Assembly: GCA_949082785.1 (NCBI GenBank)
Contig: CARVLU010000004.1
Location: forward strand, 23,371-87,370
Direction of reading: 5' to 3'
DNA: 64,000 nucleotides
Origin: an uncultured Alphaproteobacteria bacterium
Lineage (GTDB): Bacteria > Pseudomonadota > Alphaproteobacteria > Rs-D84
Both the position numbers and the translations under genes were made by a program. Numbering within the stretch: position 1 is the stretch's first letter; the number at the start of each line of letters is the position of its first letter. The notes under the pieces are model-generated. The model searched no databases. It saw only the letters and a program-made list of their open reading frames with translations, and was not told the DNA's origin. Shown here one piece after another: positions 35,857 to 45,978 of this stretch.

Positions 35857-38283
35857 ATGAATAAGATAGCCAAACAATTTTCCGACCTGCGTCAGACGAC
35901 GCCGAAACATATCCAGTGGTTATTGCTGGTGGCGGCGTTTGTGGTGGTGCTGATATTGTTGACGCTGTTGTTGCGTGGCCGCACGGAAAAAACGGACGTG
36001 GTGACGTTGCCCGATGACGAAAAATTAACACTGGCGGTGACCCCCGACAGTGTGGATTGGGCAAACACGACCGTCGGCACGAAAAAAACGCAAAAAATCA
36101 CGATTTCAACCACCGGCGCGGTAAAGATTGCGGCGGTGCGCCTGTCCCGGGAAGTTGCGGGCCTGGCCACGCCCAAAACGACATGCACCAACATGGGCGA
36201 AATCAATGACAAGATTTCATGCACCATCAGTTTGACGTACGAACCGACGGTCCCGATGGACACGACGGGCGTATCGTTGTTTGTGGATTGGCGCGGTGTG
36301 GACGCGCCGGACGGGATGACGCGCGCGGAAAAAATCCCGATGGCGCTGGGCGCGGTGTCGCCCACCCCGGTGATTCCACCGGCCCCAAAATCCGAACCGG
36401 CCCCCGCACCCGCGGCGCAGCCCGAACCCGACGTCGTCCCGGTTGTTGATATCGAACCGGCGCGCCCCCAGCCCAGCGCGCAGATTCAGCGTGACATCGA
36501 CACCATTGCGCCCCCGCTGCCCATGCTGGACAACAAATCGAATGCCAAACCCGCCCCCCAGGTTAATGCGGACGACGACATCACGGTGACAATATCTGAT
36601 GGCTGTTCTGATTTTTCATTCCCGGGCTATAACACATCGGGGCAACAGATTGGCTGGATTAAACCGGAACGCGGCGCGTATTATTTCTATCCCTTTGCCG
36701 ACCGCGAATGCAAAAACGCCACCGGGAAATATAATCCCGACAACGGCATTATCACGGCAATCAACAACCCGTCCCAGAAAATCGGCACGGACGCCGAACA
36801 CATTGGCCACACAACGATTTCGGGGGCCGCATTGCCCCAATTGTCCAACCCGGTTGCCAATTCAAACGTGAACCGTGCCCGCCAATTGACCAGTGCGGAA
36901 TTATCACAATCGATGTCGATGGGCACCGGCGCGGCCCAGGTTGCGCTGAAACCGGCGCCGGCATCTGATATTTTATACACGACATCCGACGCAAATGTGG
37001 TTGCATCGACCCAGCCGTACGACCGGTCGTTCATCCTGCGCCAATATAAACCGATTCCGGCCACAATCGTGTCCGATGTGCGCGCCGACACAACCCTGAT
37101 TAATGGCCAGCAATTCTTGCCCGTGCGCGCGACGGTGGACCGCAACGTGTATTCGGACAACGGTCGCACGGTTATCATCCCGACCGGGACATTGATGTTG
37201 GGGTATGTCACCGGCGAAGTGCCGGGCCCGTACAAGACCATTGGTCGTATGGAAATCAAATGGTACCAATTTGTTTTGCCCAATGGCGTTGAATTTAACT
37301 TTGGCGGCGCGACCGATCCGTTTTCCGGCGACGCCCAGGGTCGCATTGGCGTTCCCGGCCGGGGCAGTACGGATTACCTGGAACAATTCGTGATGCCGAT
37401 GCTGACCGCGATTGTGCCGGCGGCCGTCAATATGATTGCGCCCATTGCGGACAAATTCGTGAACCAAATCGATTTGGATAACAACACAGTTGTGCAATCG
37501 GGTACGGTCCGTTCGTCTGAATTGGCGAAAAATGAAATCATCACGGCCTGGAACCAGGTGGCCCAGAAATTAATGGTCGATATGATGGACAACACCACGC
37601 CCCCGTTCACGATTGCGGCCGGCACGCGCATTACGGTTTATTCGCCCCAGGATTTGGCGGTGGTCTGCATGGATAATTCCAAGAAATGTTCATTGCAACA
37701 TTTGAAAGAACAATCACCGACGGGCAACCCAATGCGTGCGACCCCATCGCCCAGCATTCGTGCGGCGGAAGACGATTCTTGGATTGGCCAGGTACGTTCG
37801 TTCAATTGGGCCGCCGAATACTGTTCGGATTACAAGGATGGTAAATTAAACCTGACCAACGCCCAGGTCCGAGAAATGAATTCCAAGGGGATTGATTACA
37901 ACACGGTTCTGTTCTATTGCCAGTCCAACCAGTACAAGGCGATTAACAACGCGAAACAGGACGCCGTCTTTAACAATCAACAGCAGACGTTCCAGAACAA
38001 TTACAACGTCAGCAACAACGGCACGGGTCTGACGGGGATATCGGGCGACCAAAGTTATAACGAAGATGTCTTGGGCTTGAAATACAATGACGACGGCACT
38101 ATACAAAATCCGTTCAACCAGACATTGCCCGTGGAAACACCGCCGGCAACCATCACCTGCGAAGATGGGACCAACCCGGATGCGAACGGTTGCTGTACGG
38201 GTGAAATATACACCGACATGGGGGACCAGGGATTTAACTGTTGTCCCGAAACCGGTGGCGACTGTTTTCCGCCGATATTATAA
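35857..38283 (+). CDS. virB10: VirB10/TrbI-family T4SS protein with ~180 aa C-terminal Cys/Asn-rich extension
   Basis: TM helix, Pro-rich region (PTPVIPPAPKSEPAPAPAAQPEPD). VirB10 core (IPATIVSDVRADTTLING..VRATVDRNVYSDNGRTVIIPTGTLMLGYV...GRMEIKWYQFVLPNGVEFNFGG...TRITVYSPQDLAV), then an extra tail ending CEDGTNPDANGCCTGEIYTDMGDQGFNCCPETGGDCFPPIL. Confidence 0.85.
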   Translation: MNKIAKQFSDLRQTTPKHIQWLLLVAAFVVVLILLTLLLRGRTEKTDVVTLPDDEKLTLAVTPDSVDWANTTVGTKKTQKITISTTGAVKIAAVRLSREVAGLATPKTTCTNMGEINDKISCTISLTYEPTVPMDTTGVSLFVDWRGVDAPDGMTRAEKIPMALGAVSPTPVIPPAPKSEPAPAPAAQPEPDVVPVVDIEPARPQPSAQIQRDIDTIAPPLPMLDNKSNAKPAPQVNADDDITVTISDGCSDFSFPGYNTSGQQIGWIKPERGAYYFYPFADRECKNATGKYNPDNGIITAINNPSQKIGTDAEHIGHTTISGAALPQLSNPVANSNVNRARQLTSAELSQSMSMGTGAAQVALKPAPASDILYTTSDANVVASTQPYDRSFILRQYKPIPATIVSDVRADTTLINGQQFLPVRATVDRNVYSDNGRTVIIPTGTLMLGYVTGEVPGPYKTIGRMEIKWYQFVLPNGVEFNFGGATDPFSGDAQGRIGVPGRGSTDYLEQFVMPMLTAIVPAAVNMIAPIADKFVNQIDLDNNTVVQSGTVRSSELAKNEIITAWNQVAQKLMVDMMDNTTPPFTIAAGTRITVYSPQDLAVVCMDNSKKCSLQHLKEQSPTGNPMRATPSPSIRAAEDDSWIGQVRSFNWAAEYCSDYKDGKLNLTNAQVREMNSKGIDYNTVLFYCQSNQYKAINNAKQDAVFNNQQQTFQNNYNVSNNGTGLTGISGDQSYNEDVLGLKYNDDGTIQNPFNQTLPVETPPATITCEDGTNPDANGCCTGEIYTDMGDQGFNCCPETGGDCFPPIL

Positions 38284-38308
38284 ACCCGCATCATGCGGGT
38301 TTATTTTT
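38284..38308 (+). terminator. intrinsic terminator after virB10
   Basis: acccgcatcatgcgggt hairpin + ttatttttgg. Confidence 0.5.
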
Positions 38309-38545
38309 GGATAACGTTTTTTTGACCATTAAAATTCGGGCACATTTATGTGCCCAAAATTTTATGGGCCGCTGGGCGGAATCTGGCACCGTGACGGCGC
38401 GATTCGACTGACCCGGATTAAATCAGCCCAGCGATATAGATTTCCGATTCGAACTTCAACCTTTGGTTGTAACGTTTTACAGGAAACTATTCTTAATCTA
38501 TATATTAAAAAGTCCGCAACATTTTTACCAACAAGGAGAGCAAGA

Positions 38546-38893
38546 ATGACACAACAAACCATGCAAACAACTATCCCGGCCGAAAAGTTTCAAAATGCGG
38601 AACAGCTGTGGTTTTGGTTTTTGTACGCACGCAGCGTACGAAACGGCTTTGTCCGGGGCCATATGACGTCCCAGCGTCGCATCTGCGAATTGCTGGACGT
38701 GGAAACATTGGTAACGAAACTGTATTTATCGGGCCGACTGACCGACGCCCAACTGTCCGTGATGAAGGAATTTGGTGACCGTCGCCGCGCCCCGCACCAA
38801 CACATCTGGGCCGAAAATAAAAAGGCAGAATTATGGCGCACCGCCATGTCCGTATTAAACGCCGCCGCCACGGCACGCGGTTGGATTGAATAA
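38546..38893 (+). CDS. hypothetical protein (115 aa)
   Basis: Strong ribosome-binding site aaggagag 7 nt upstream. MTQQTMQTTIPAEKFQNAEQLWFWFLYARSV... No family recognised. Confidence 0.45.
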   Translation: MTQQTMQTTIPAEKFQNAEQLWFWFLYARSVRNGFVRGHMTSQRRICELLDVETLVTKLYLSGRLTDAQLSVMKEFGDRRRAPHQHIWAENKKAELWRTAMSVLNAAATARGWIE

Positions 38894-38907
38894 ATCCGGG
38901 GGATAAC

Positions 38908-39252
38908 ATGATTATTATCGCATTTGCACAAAACACATCCCGCATATGGCCACGGATAATTTGCCGCAGATATCGCCATTGTGCGGTGATTGCACCCGCG
39001 GGGGACAAATTGGTACTGCACCAATTTACGCGCCGGGGCCAATGCACAACATTGACATTATCCGCGCGTGATATGCGCATTCTGGGACGCGGCGGCTGGG
39101 TGTTTATCTATCTGCCGGGAACACTGGCCGCGGATTTTGATGGCGCATCCGCCCGCACATGTGTCGCAATGGCCAAACATGCGGCACGCATCAGCGCCCC
39201 ATTTGTCCAGACGCCATTGGCGCTGTACAAATATCTGATGCGCCGCGCATAA
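38908..39252 (+). CDS. hypothetical protein (114 aa)
   Basis: ATG 14 nt after the previous stop; probably co-transcribed. No family recognised. Confidence 0.4.
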   Translation: MIIIAFAQNTSRIWPRIICRRYRHCAVIAPAGDKLVLHQFTRRGQCTTLTLSARDMRILGRGGWVFIYLPGTLAADFDGASARTCVAMAKHAARISAPFVQTPLALYKYLMRRA

Positions 39253-39363
39253 CCAATCCCGCCCCGGCGGGATTTTTAATTTATCGGGCACTTCACTTCT
39301 GTGGCACCGCATGGCGCGGCAATGGGGATGGATAAAAAAATCCCCGCGGATGCGGGGATAGTC

Positions 39364-40950
39364 TTATTTCCGGGTGGACCGTTTAATGATGTAAATCTGA
39401 CCGATACCGAACAAATTCGACACCGTCCAATACAGCACCAATCCCGCCGGCATCCACGCAAACATCACCGTGAACAACAGCGGCATCCATTTCATCATCC
39501 GCTGGGTCTGGGCGGCCATATCATTGCCGGCCGCACTGGCACCGGATTGCAGACGCTGTTGCCAATACATGGTTGCGCCCATCAAAATCGGCATAATAAA
39601 GTACGGATCCATCACGGCCAAATCAGAAATCCACAGGAAATGTGCACTGCGCATCTGAACGGAAATCAATAACGCTTTGTACAATGCAAAGAAAATTGGA
39701 ATCTGAATCAGCATCGGCAAACAACCCGACATCGGCGATGTTTTGTGCGTTTGATACAGACGCATCATTTCCATCTGCATGCGCGGTTTGTCATTCGCGT
39801 ACAGCTTTTGAATACGGGCCATTTCCGGCTGCATCTTTTGCATGGTCATCATCGATGTGTACGATTTGCGCGTCAACGGCCACAAAATCCCGCGCAGCAC
39901 CAACGTCAACAAAATAATCGCCACGCCGTAATTCATCACAATACCGTACAGCGCGTTCAACGCCCACAGCATCGGCCGTGCCAAGAACCAGAACCACCCG
40001 TAATCCATTGTTTTATCCACGCCCGGGATAACCGTCGCCGCATGGGACAATGTGCGCTGTTCACGCGGTCCCGCATACAGATGCGTGCGAATGGTTTCGG
40101 TCGCGCCATTGGCAATTGTGCGCGCACCGGCGGACGCGTCCGCCTGGTACCGGGCGACGTCATAATTGTCATCCAACTTTTTCATGCGAATCGTTTGGTC
40201 GGGCGAATCGACCGCGACAAACGTTTCCCAATATTGGTCGGCAAACCCGACAAAGCCGTTTGTGGTTGTGTACGCATATGCGCGGCGTGATAAATCATGC
40301 CAATCTTCGCGTTCGATATCGGAATTGGCGTATGCAATCGCACCGGTAAATACGCCCGCGGTTGATTTGCCGCCCGCGTCCCGCACGATGCGCGCATATG
40401 GCGAAACGGTGATGTCGCGACCACTGCGGTTTGTGATTTCGTCGGTCACGGTGATAATGTAATTGTCGGCCGTGACAACGCGGCGATACGACACGCCGTC
40501 GGCACTGCGCCATGTCATGGCGCCGTCCGCCCCCATGCGCCATACGGTGCCGACCGCCGGTGCCGTTGTGCCGGTGGCCAACAAACCAATTTCCGCAAAA
40601 TCATTATCACCGGCCAATAATGTCACGGGATGGCCCGCGTTATCGGATTTTTCCGATTGGGCAAAATCTTTTAACTGAATCTGATTGATGCGCAATCCCT
40701 GGACCCGGGCGGTGATATTATCCGTCGCGGTGTCAAACGCGGGCACCGCCGACAAATCGGCGACGGGCGCGGGCGCCGGGGCATTGTCCACATTTTTTTT
40801 CGGACCAAACCAGATTGAAACCAACCACCAAGAAATCAAAAATAAAATAATCCACCACAAAACGCCGGAAAAGCGCGGCTTTTTTCCCGCCGCGCTGTTA
40901 TTGGCATTCCATTGATTAAACCCAGAATTTTTATCCAAAAACTTTACCAT
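39364..40950 (-). CDS. yidC: membrane protein insertase YidC
   Basis: 528 aa; periplasmic domain plus C-terminal 5-TM core (...PLLFTVMFAWMPAGLVLYWTVSNLFGIGQIYII). Confidence 0.9.
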   Translation of the reverse strand: MVKFLDKNSGFNQWNANNSAAGKKPRFSGVLWWIILFLISWWLVSIWFGPKKNVDNAPAPAPVADLSAVPAFDTATDNITARVQGLRINQIQLKDFAQSEKSDNAGHPVTLLAGDNDFAEIGLLATGTTAPAVGTVWRMGADGAMTWRSADGVSYRRVVTADNYIITVTDEITNRSGRDITVSPYARIVRDAGGKSTAGVFTGAIAYANSDIEREDWHDLSRRAYAYTTTNGFVGFADQYWETFVAVDSPDQTIRMKKLDDNYDVARYQADASAGARTIANGATETIRTHLYAGPREQRTLSHAATVIPGVDKTMDYGWFWFLARPMLWALNALYGIVMNYGVAIILLTLVLRGILWPLTRKSYTSMMTMQKMQPEMARIQKLYANDKPRMQMEMMRLYQTHKTSPMSGCLPMLIQIPIFFALYKALLISVQMRSAHFLWISDLAVMDPYFIMPILMGATMYWQQRLQSGASAAGNDMAAQTQRMMKWMPLLFTVMFAWMPAGLVLYWTVSNLFGIGQIYIIKRSTRK

Positions 40951-40952
40951 AC

Positions 40953-41495
40953 TTATTTACCACCCTTTGTTTCGCACGCCGCCATGCAACGCCGTCTGTT
41001 CAGATACCAGTTCAATATATATAATCCGACGCCCACCGCAATACAAGTGTCGGCGACATTGAACGCCGGCCAGTGAATCCCGCCGATATGAAAGTCCAAG
41101 AAATCAATCACCGCGCCAAAACGCACCCGGTCAATCAGGTTCCCAATCGCCCCGCCCAGAATCAGCGCCAACGGCACGCGTTCATACGCGCACGCGCGGC
41201 ACGCCATGTAATGCGCGATAAACCCGACAATCGCCCCGGTAAAGATGACGATAATCAGCGGGGCCGTTTCACCCAACCCGCGCAGCAATGAAAACGACGC
41301 GCCCGGATTCCACGTGAACACAATGTTAAAGAAATTTGTCACCTGGTCCATCAGATACGGCACCGGCACCAAATCCCACGCGCCGCCAAACAACGGCACG
41401 CCCCCCGTCAACAGGTACAACAGATACCCCTTGGACAGTTGGTCCAGAACAATGACACCCAGAATAATTGCAAAATATTTTAAAATCTTTTTCAT
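40953..41495 (-). CDS. lspA: lipoprotein signal peptidase (signal peptidase II)
   Basis: MKKILKYFAIILGVIVLDQLSKGYLL...FNVADTCIAVGVGLYIL carries the LspA conserved Asp/Asn motifs. Confidence 0.85.
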   Translation of the reverse strand: MKKILKYFAIILGVIVLDQLSKGYLLYLLTGGVPLFGGAWDLVPVPYLMDQVTNFFNIVFTWNPGASFSLLRGLGETAPLIIVIFTGAIVGFIAHYMACRACAYERVPLALILGGAIGNLIDRVRFGAVIDFLDFHIGGIHWPAFNVADTCIAVGVGLYILNWYLNRRRCMAACETKGGK

Positions 41496-41610
41496 GAACT
41501 TTCCCCGTTGGATGCAATATAACAATTCGCCCCCGCAAAAGCAAATAAAATGTCCCCCATAAATCCTGTAATTCATGGGGAACAATTCCTGTGATTTACG
41601 ACGCGGGCAA

Positions 41611-43314
41611 TTATTTTTTTTCTTCGCCCGGGGCGACGCGCGCGTAATTGTTGGCGCGCATTTCTTGCAGCAACGCTTCTATCTTGCGTTCGGACACGCC
41701 CACGTTTTCCAGCACCCCGTACGCCAATCGGAACGAAGATTCGATGGTTTCTGGTTGCGCTTCGGTCACACCGCGGGCGACCAATTCCCGGGATTCGGCC
41801 AAATTGCGCGCCCGGGCAAAAATCTTGACACGCGGGGCGATTGAATGCACGGACCGCACGGTGTTGTGTGCCGTCGTCGAATTGTCCAGCGCAACCACCA
41901 CCGCACGCGTTTTGCGAGGTGCCAACCCAAAATCGCGCAGCACGGTTTCACTGCTGGTATCGCCATAGTAAACATTATACCCGCGGTCGCGCCCAATCAT
42001 CACCGCGTCCACATTTAAATCCAGCGCAACATAACTGATGTTTTCCGCGTCCAGCATTTGCGCCACAATCTGGCCCACGCGCCCAAACCCACAAATAATC
42101 ACATCGGGTTTTTGTTGCGGCAGATTTTTATTCACCTGTTTCTGGCGCCAATGTGAAAACAGACGCCCCGATTTTTGCAACCGGTCATAAATCGCCAACA
42201 GTATCGGCGTCGCAATCATCGACAGAATAATAATGGCGGTCAAAATTTCTTCGTGCAGAACGGGGATGGCTTCGATTCCGCTGTTCTTCATTGTTTGCAG
42301 TATCAGCAGACCGAATTCCCCCCCCTGGGCCAGTATCAGGGCAATCATGGCGGCATCTTGGGACAATACGCCGCGCACGCGCGCCACGATATAAATCGCC
42401 GCAAATTTCAAGAACACCAACCCCATCAGCCCCATCGCCACAATCAGCCAGTTATCGACCAAGAACGGAATATTCAACCCCATCCCCAGCGATACGAAAA
42501 ACAGCGCGATAAACAGCATCGCATACGGCCCGATTTCCGCCCGAATTTGATGGCGATAAATCGTTTCCGACATCAGCATCCCGCCCAAAAACGCCCCCAG
42601 CGCTGGCGGCAGCCCAAACATATCCATCACCACCGCCCACACAATGATGTTCAGCATGATGGCCAGCAAAAAAGCTTCTTTGGACCGCAGACGTGCGACC
42701 ATGCGCATGACCGGATTTAAAATTAACCGCGCGACAATCATCACCCCCAGCACCAGGCCCACCGACATCACCAAAACATCAATGACCGTCGCCCCCAGGT
42801 TAAATGATTTACCCGCCAACACCGGCAACATCGCCAACAGCGGGATTGCCAGCAAATCTTGGAACAACAAAATCGAAAACGTCTGGCGGCCCATATTGGT
42901 TGATAATTCATTGCGGTCGGCCAGCAATTGCAGATCTTCGGACGCGCTGGACATCGCCAGTATCAGGGCCACCATCACGCACCCCATAATCGTCCACGAC
43001 GTCAATCCGAACAACACCGGGAATAAAACCGCCACCACCATCAACACCTGGGCCGCGCCAAATCCGAAAATGGTGTGCTTCATCTGCCACAAACGCTTGA
43101 TATTCAGTTCCAGCCCGATATTAAACCACAAGAACATTATCCCCAGTTCCCCCAGGAATGTCCACGTGTCGGTTAATTGAAACAGGTTCAACAGATACGG
43201 CCCCGACAAAATCCCCGCAAACAAAAACGCCAGCAACGTCCCCACCCGCGCCAGACGCAATACAAACACCAAAACAAATGCGATTCCAAAAAACGCCAAC
43301 ACAGACAACGGCAT
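41611..43314 (-). CDS. CPA2 family monovalent cation:proton antiporter (Kef-type) with C-terminal TrkA-N/RCK domain
   Basis: 12-13 TM N-terminal domain, then ...VIICGFGRVGQIVAQML (Rossmann GxGxxG of RCK). Confidence 0.8.
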   Translation of the reverse strand: MPLSVLAFFGIAFVLVFVLRLARVGTLLAFLFAGILSGPYLLNLFQLTDTWTFLGELGIMFLWFNIGLELNIKRLWQMKHTIFGFGAAQVLMVVAVLFPVLFGLTSWTIMGCVMVALILAMSSASEDLQLLADRNELSTNMGRQTFSILLFQDLLAIPLLAMLPVLAGKSFNLGATVIDVLVMSVGLVLGVMIVARLILNPVMRMVARLRSKEAFLLAIMLNIIVWAVVMDMFGLPPALGAFLGGMLMSETIYRHQIRAEIGPYAMLFIALFFVSLGMGLNIPFLVDNWLIVAMGLMGLVFLKFAAIYIVARVRGVLSQDAAMIALILAQGGEFGLLILQTMKNSGIEAIPVLHEEILTAIIILSMIATPILLAIYDRLQKSGRLFSHWRQKQVNKNLPQQKPDVIICGFGRVGQIVAQMLDAENISYVALDLNVDAVMIGRDRGYNVYYGDTSSETVLRDFGLAPRKTRAVVVALDNSTTAHNTVRSVHSIAPRVKIFARARNLAESRELVARGVTEAQPETIESSFRLAYGVLENVGVSERKIEALLQEMRANNYARVAPGEEKK

Positions 43315-43355
43315 TGAATCCCCCCTACTCTCTGCTTATGCAATACTTGGTTTTA

Positions 43356-44192
43356 TTATATCAAAATATTCGCCGCCAATTCAGCAAATTTTTCGGGCGA
43401 CAATTCTTCGGCGCGTTCCATCCCCGTCAAGCCAAAGCGCCCCCAGTCCACGCCCGAAATAATGCCGCGAATCATTTTACGCCGCTGGCCAAACAAACGG
43501 GCCGTCATGGCGGAAATACGCGACAAATCGCCGATGGCGGCAATCTTGGCTGGGTTTGGAATAATTTGCACAACGGCCGATTCCACCTTGGGCCGGGGGA
43601 CAAATGCGGTGGACGGCACATCAAACAAAATCCGCGCATCCGCAATCAGTGATGTCAACACCCCCAGCCGGCCATATTGCGCATCCCCGGGGCGTGCGAC
43701 GATACGCTGGGCAACTTCCCTTTGGAACATCAGCGTCAATGACTGAATACCGCGCCCATCGGGCTGGGCCGCAATTTTCTGCAACCAGTGGATCAGCAAT
43801 TCCGTCCCGACATTGTACGGCAAATTGGAACAAATCGCATATTTATCCAGATTCAGTTCCGATGTATCGACCCGCAACGCATCACCAAAAATAATTTCCA
43901 TGCGCCCCGCCGCCGCATCCGCAATGCGGTTTAAAATTGGGGCTGTGGTGGCATCCTTTTCAATGACGATTAATCGCGGGGCGCCGGCCATCAATAATGC
44001 GCGCGTCAAACCGCCCGGGCCGGGGCCCACTTCGACAACGGGCATCTGTTCAATATCGGGAACACTGCGCGCGATACGCCCCGTCAGATTCAAATCAAAC
44101 AGAAAATTTTGGCCCAATTGCTTTTTGGGTTCCAAACCGCAATCACGCATCATAACCGATACCGGCGGCAAAGATTCCACAGTCATTGTCAT
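43356..44192 (-). CDS. rsmA: 16S rRNA (adenine1518/1519-N6)-dimethyltransferase
   Basis: KKQLGQNFLFDLNLTGRIARSV...VVEVGPGPGGLTRALL is the KsgA/RsmA signature. Confidence 0.85.
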   Translation of the reverse strand: MTMTVESLPPVSVMMRDCGLEPKKQLGQNFLFDLNLTGRIARSVPDIEQMPVVEVGPGPGGLTRALLMAGAPRLIVIEKDATTAPILNRIADAAAGRMEIIFGDALRVDTSELNLDKYAICSNLPYNVGTELLIHWLQKIAAQPDGRGIQSLTLMFQREVAQRIVARPGDAQYGRLGVLTSLIADARILFDVPSTAFVPRPKVESAVVQIIPNPAKIAAIGDLSRISAMTARLFGQRRKMIRGIISGVDWGRFGLTGMERAEELSPEKFAELAANILI

Positions 44193-44788
44193 AATGTTTT
44201 TCGCCCCCCGAACGCCAATGTCAACGTGCCATCGTCCAAGTAATCCAAATCCCCGCCCAGCGGCACACCGGACGCCAGTTCGGAATACGTCACATCATCG
44301 CGCGCGCCGACAACCGACATAACATAGTGCTGGGTTGTTTTCCCTTCGACTGTGTTGGGTAATGCGAAAATAATTTCCGTGATTTTTTCGTCTGTGATGC
44401 GCGCGGGCAGTGATGCGATATTCAAATCATCGGGGGTGACACCCGCCACACCGGACAATTGCCCGCCCAAAATGTGATAGCGTCCCTGAAACACCGCAGA
44501 TTTTTCCAGCGTCCACACGTCTGCCAAATCACGCACCACGGCAATCTGGCCGGTGGCGCGCGCGCCGTCACGACAAAATTCGCATTTATCCGCCGACGCA
44601 TCCGTCAACATGCCGCACACCGGGCATGGCGCAATATTTTCCGCCGCGTCCATCAACGCCACCGCCAATGACGACGCGCGTCCGGTCTTGTCCTGTAACA
44701 GGGCCAACACAATACGCTGTGCTGCGCGGTTGCCGACCCGCGGCAACTTGGCAAATTGTTTGATTAACTTTTCAATTTTCGAATTCAT
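44189..44788 (-). CDS. recR: recombination protein RecR
   Basis: MNSKIEKLIKQFAKLPRVGNRAAQRIVLALL (HhH), CPVCGMLTDASADKCEFC zinc finger, Toprim domain. Confidence 0.9.
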   Translation of the reverse strand: MNSKIEKLIKQFAKLPRVGNRAAQRIVLALLQDKTGRASSLAVALMDAAENIAPCPVCGMLTDASADKCEFCRDGARATGQIAVVRDLADVWTLEKSAVFQGRYHILGGQLSGVAGVTPDDLNIASLPARITDEKITEIIFALPNTVEGKTTQHYVMSVVGARDDVTYSELASGVPLGGDLDYLDDGTLTLAFGGRKTL

Positions 44789-44799
44789 GATATCAGACT

Positions 44800-45912
44800 T
44801 TAATGAAATATATAGCAATCGATTCCGACGCCCGCCGCGCGTGATTTCAAATTGGCGGCAGACGCATCCGACAAATTATTGACGCGGACACGAAACATGC
44901 CGTTGGGCGCGGGTTCAATGGTGGCCGTGACATTTAACGCACTGCGCACACGCGCAACCTGGGTCTGGGCGGCGTCACGCGATGCAAACGCGCCGAATTG
45001 AACGCCCGCATTGCCCGGCGTGTGGGTGGTCGGCGGCGCCGTGACGGCCGATGCGCGCACGGGCGCGGCGTATGTTGGGGCCGGTGTCTTGGTCGTTTGG
45101 ACCGTTACCGGCGCGGTGCCATTGTCCAGCATCGCGAACCCCTTGTTCAGCATGTTTGTCGATACCGCCGCGCGCACATCTTTGTTTTCCGCCCCCAGCA
45201 CGACGGAAATCAAGCGGCGGTTTCCCCGCTTTGCCGTCGCCACCAGCGAATATTTGGATTTGTTGGTAAATCCGGTCTTCATCCCGTCGCACCCCGGATA
45301 CATCCCCAACAACCGGTTGCCGTTGGTATATGTTTTGCCGTTATACGTCCACGATTTAATGCCGAAATATTTCCAATACTGGGGAAAATGTTTATACACC
45401 GCCATCGACAACAACGCGATATCGCGCGCGGTTGATAACTGGTCATCATTGGGCAACCCGGATGAATTTTCAAAATTGGTTTTCGACAATCCGATTTCGG
45501 TTGCCACCCGCGTCATCAGGGATGCAAAGTTCCCTTCCTTGCCACCCTTTAAATTTTCGGCCAACACGCGGGCGATGTCATTGGCGCTAAGCACGGCGAC
45601 GGCCTTAATCGCATCTTCGACACTAATCTTGCTGCCGGCGGCAACGCCCAGTTTGACCGGTGACGCATTCGCGGCCGATTGCGATACAATCAGATAATCA
45701 TCCAGATGCAGCCGCCCGTGTTCCAACGCATCAAACGTCAGATACAGCGTCATAATTTTGGTCAAACTTGCCGGATAATTTAAATCGCCCGCATTTTCAG
45801 AATACAGCACGCGCCCAGTGTCCATATCGGCGACCAACGCGGCGCGATACCCGCCGGCGTGCGCCGCGCCACACAAACACACCAATAAAAAGGCAAGACA
45901 GCCAAATCTCAT
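44800..45912 (-). CDS. D-alanyl-D-alanine carboxypeptidase (PBP5/6 type) with C-terminal SPOR domain
   Basis: Signal peptide; SLTKIMT (SxxK) and SGL (SxN-like) motifs; C-terminal ...GVQFGAFASRDAAQTQVARVRSALNVTATIEP..FRVRVNNLSDASAANLKSRAAGVGIDCYIFH is SPOR-like. Confidence 0.8.
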   Translation of the reverse strand: MRFGCLAFLLVCLCGAAHAGGYRAALVADMDTGRVLYSENAGDLNYPASLTKIMTLYLTFDALEHGRLHLDDYLIVSQSAANASPVKLGVAAGSKISVEDAIKAVAVLSANDIARVLAENLKGGKEGNFASLMTRVATEIGLSKTNFENSSGLPNDDQLSTARDIALLSMAVYKHFPQYWKYFGIKSWTYNGKTYTNGNRLLGMYPGCDGMKTGFTNKSKYSLVATAKRGNRRLISVVLGAENKDVRAAVSTNMLNKGFAMLDNGTAPVTVQTTKTPAPTYAAPVRASAVTAPPTTHTPGNAGVQFGAFASRDAAQTQVARVRSALNVTATIEPAPNGMFRVRVNNLSDASAANLKSRAAGVGIDCYIFH

Positions 45913-45978
45913 ACCCGAAATAATACAAAAAATCCGCCCCCGTGGTCAAGGGCGGATATCACCATCACTGGGGCAAAA

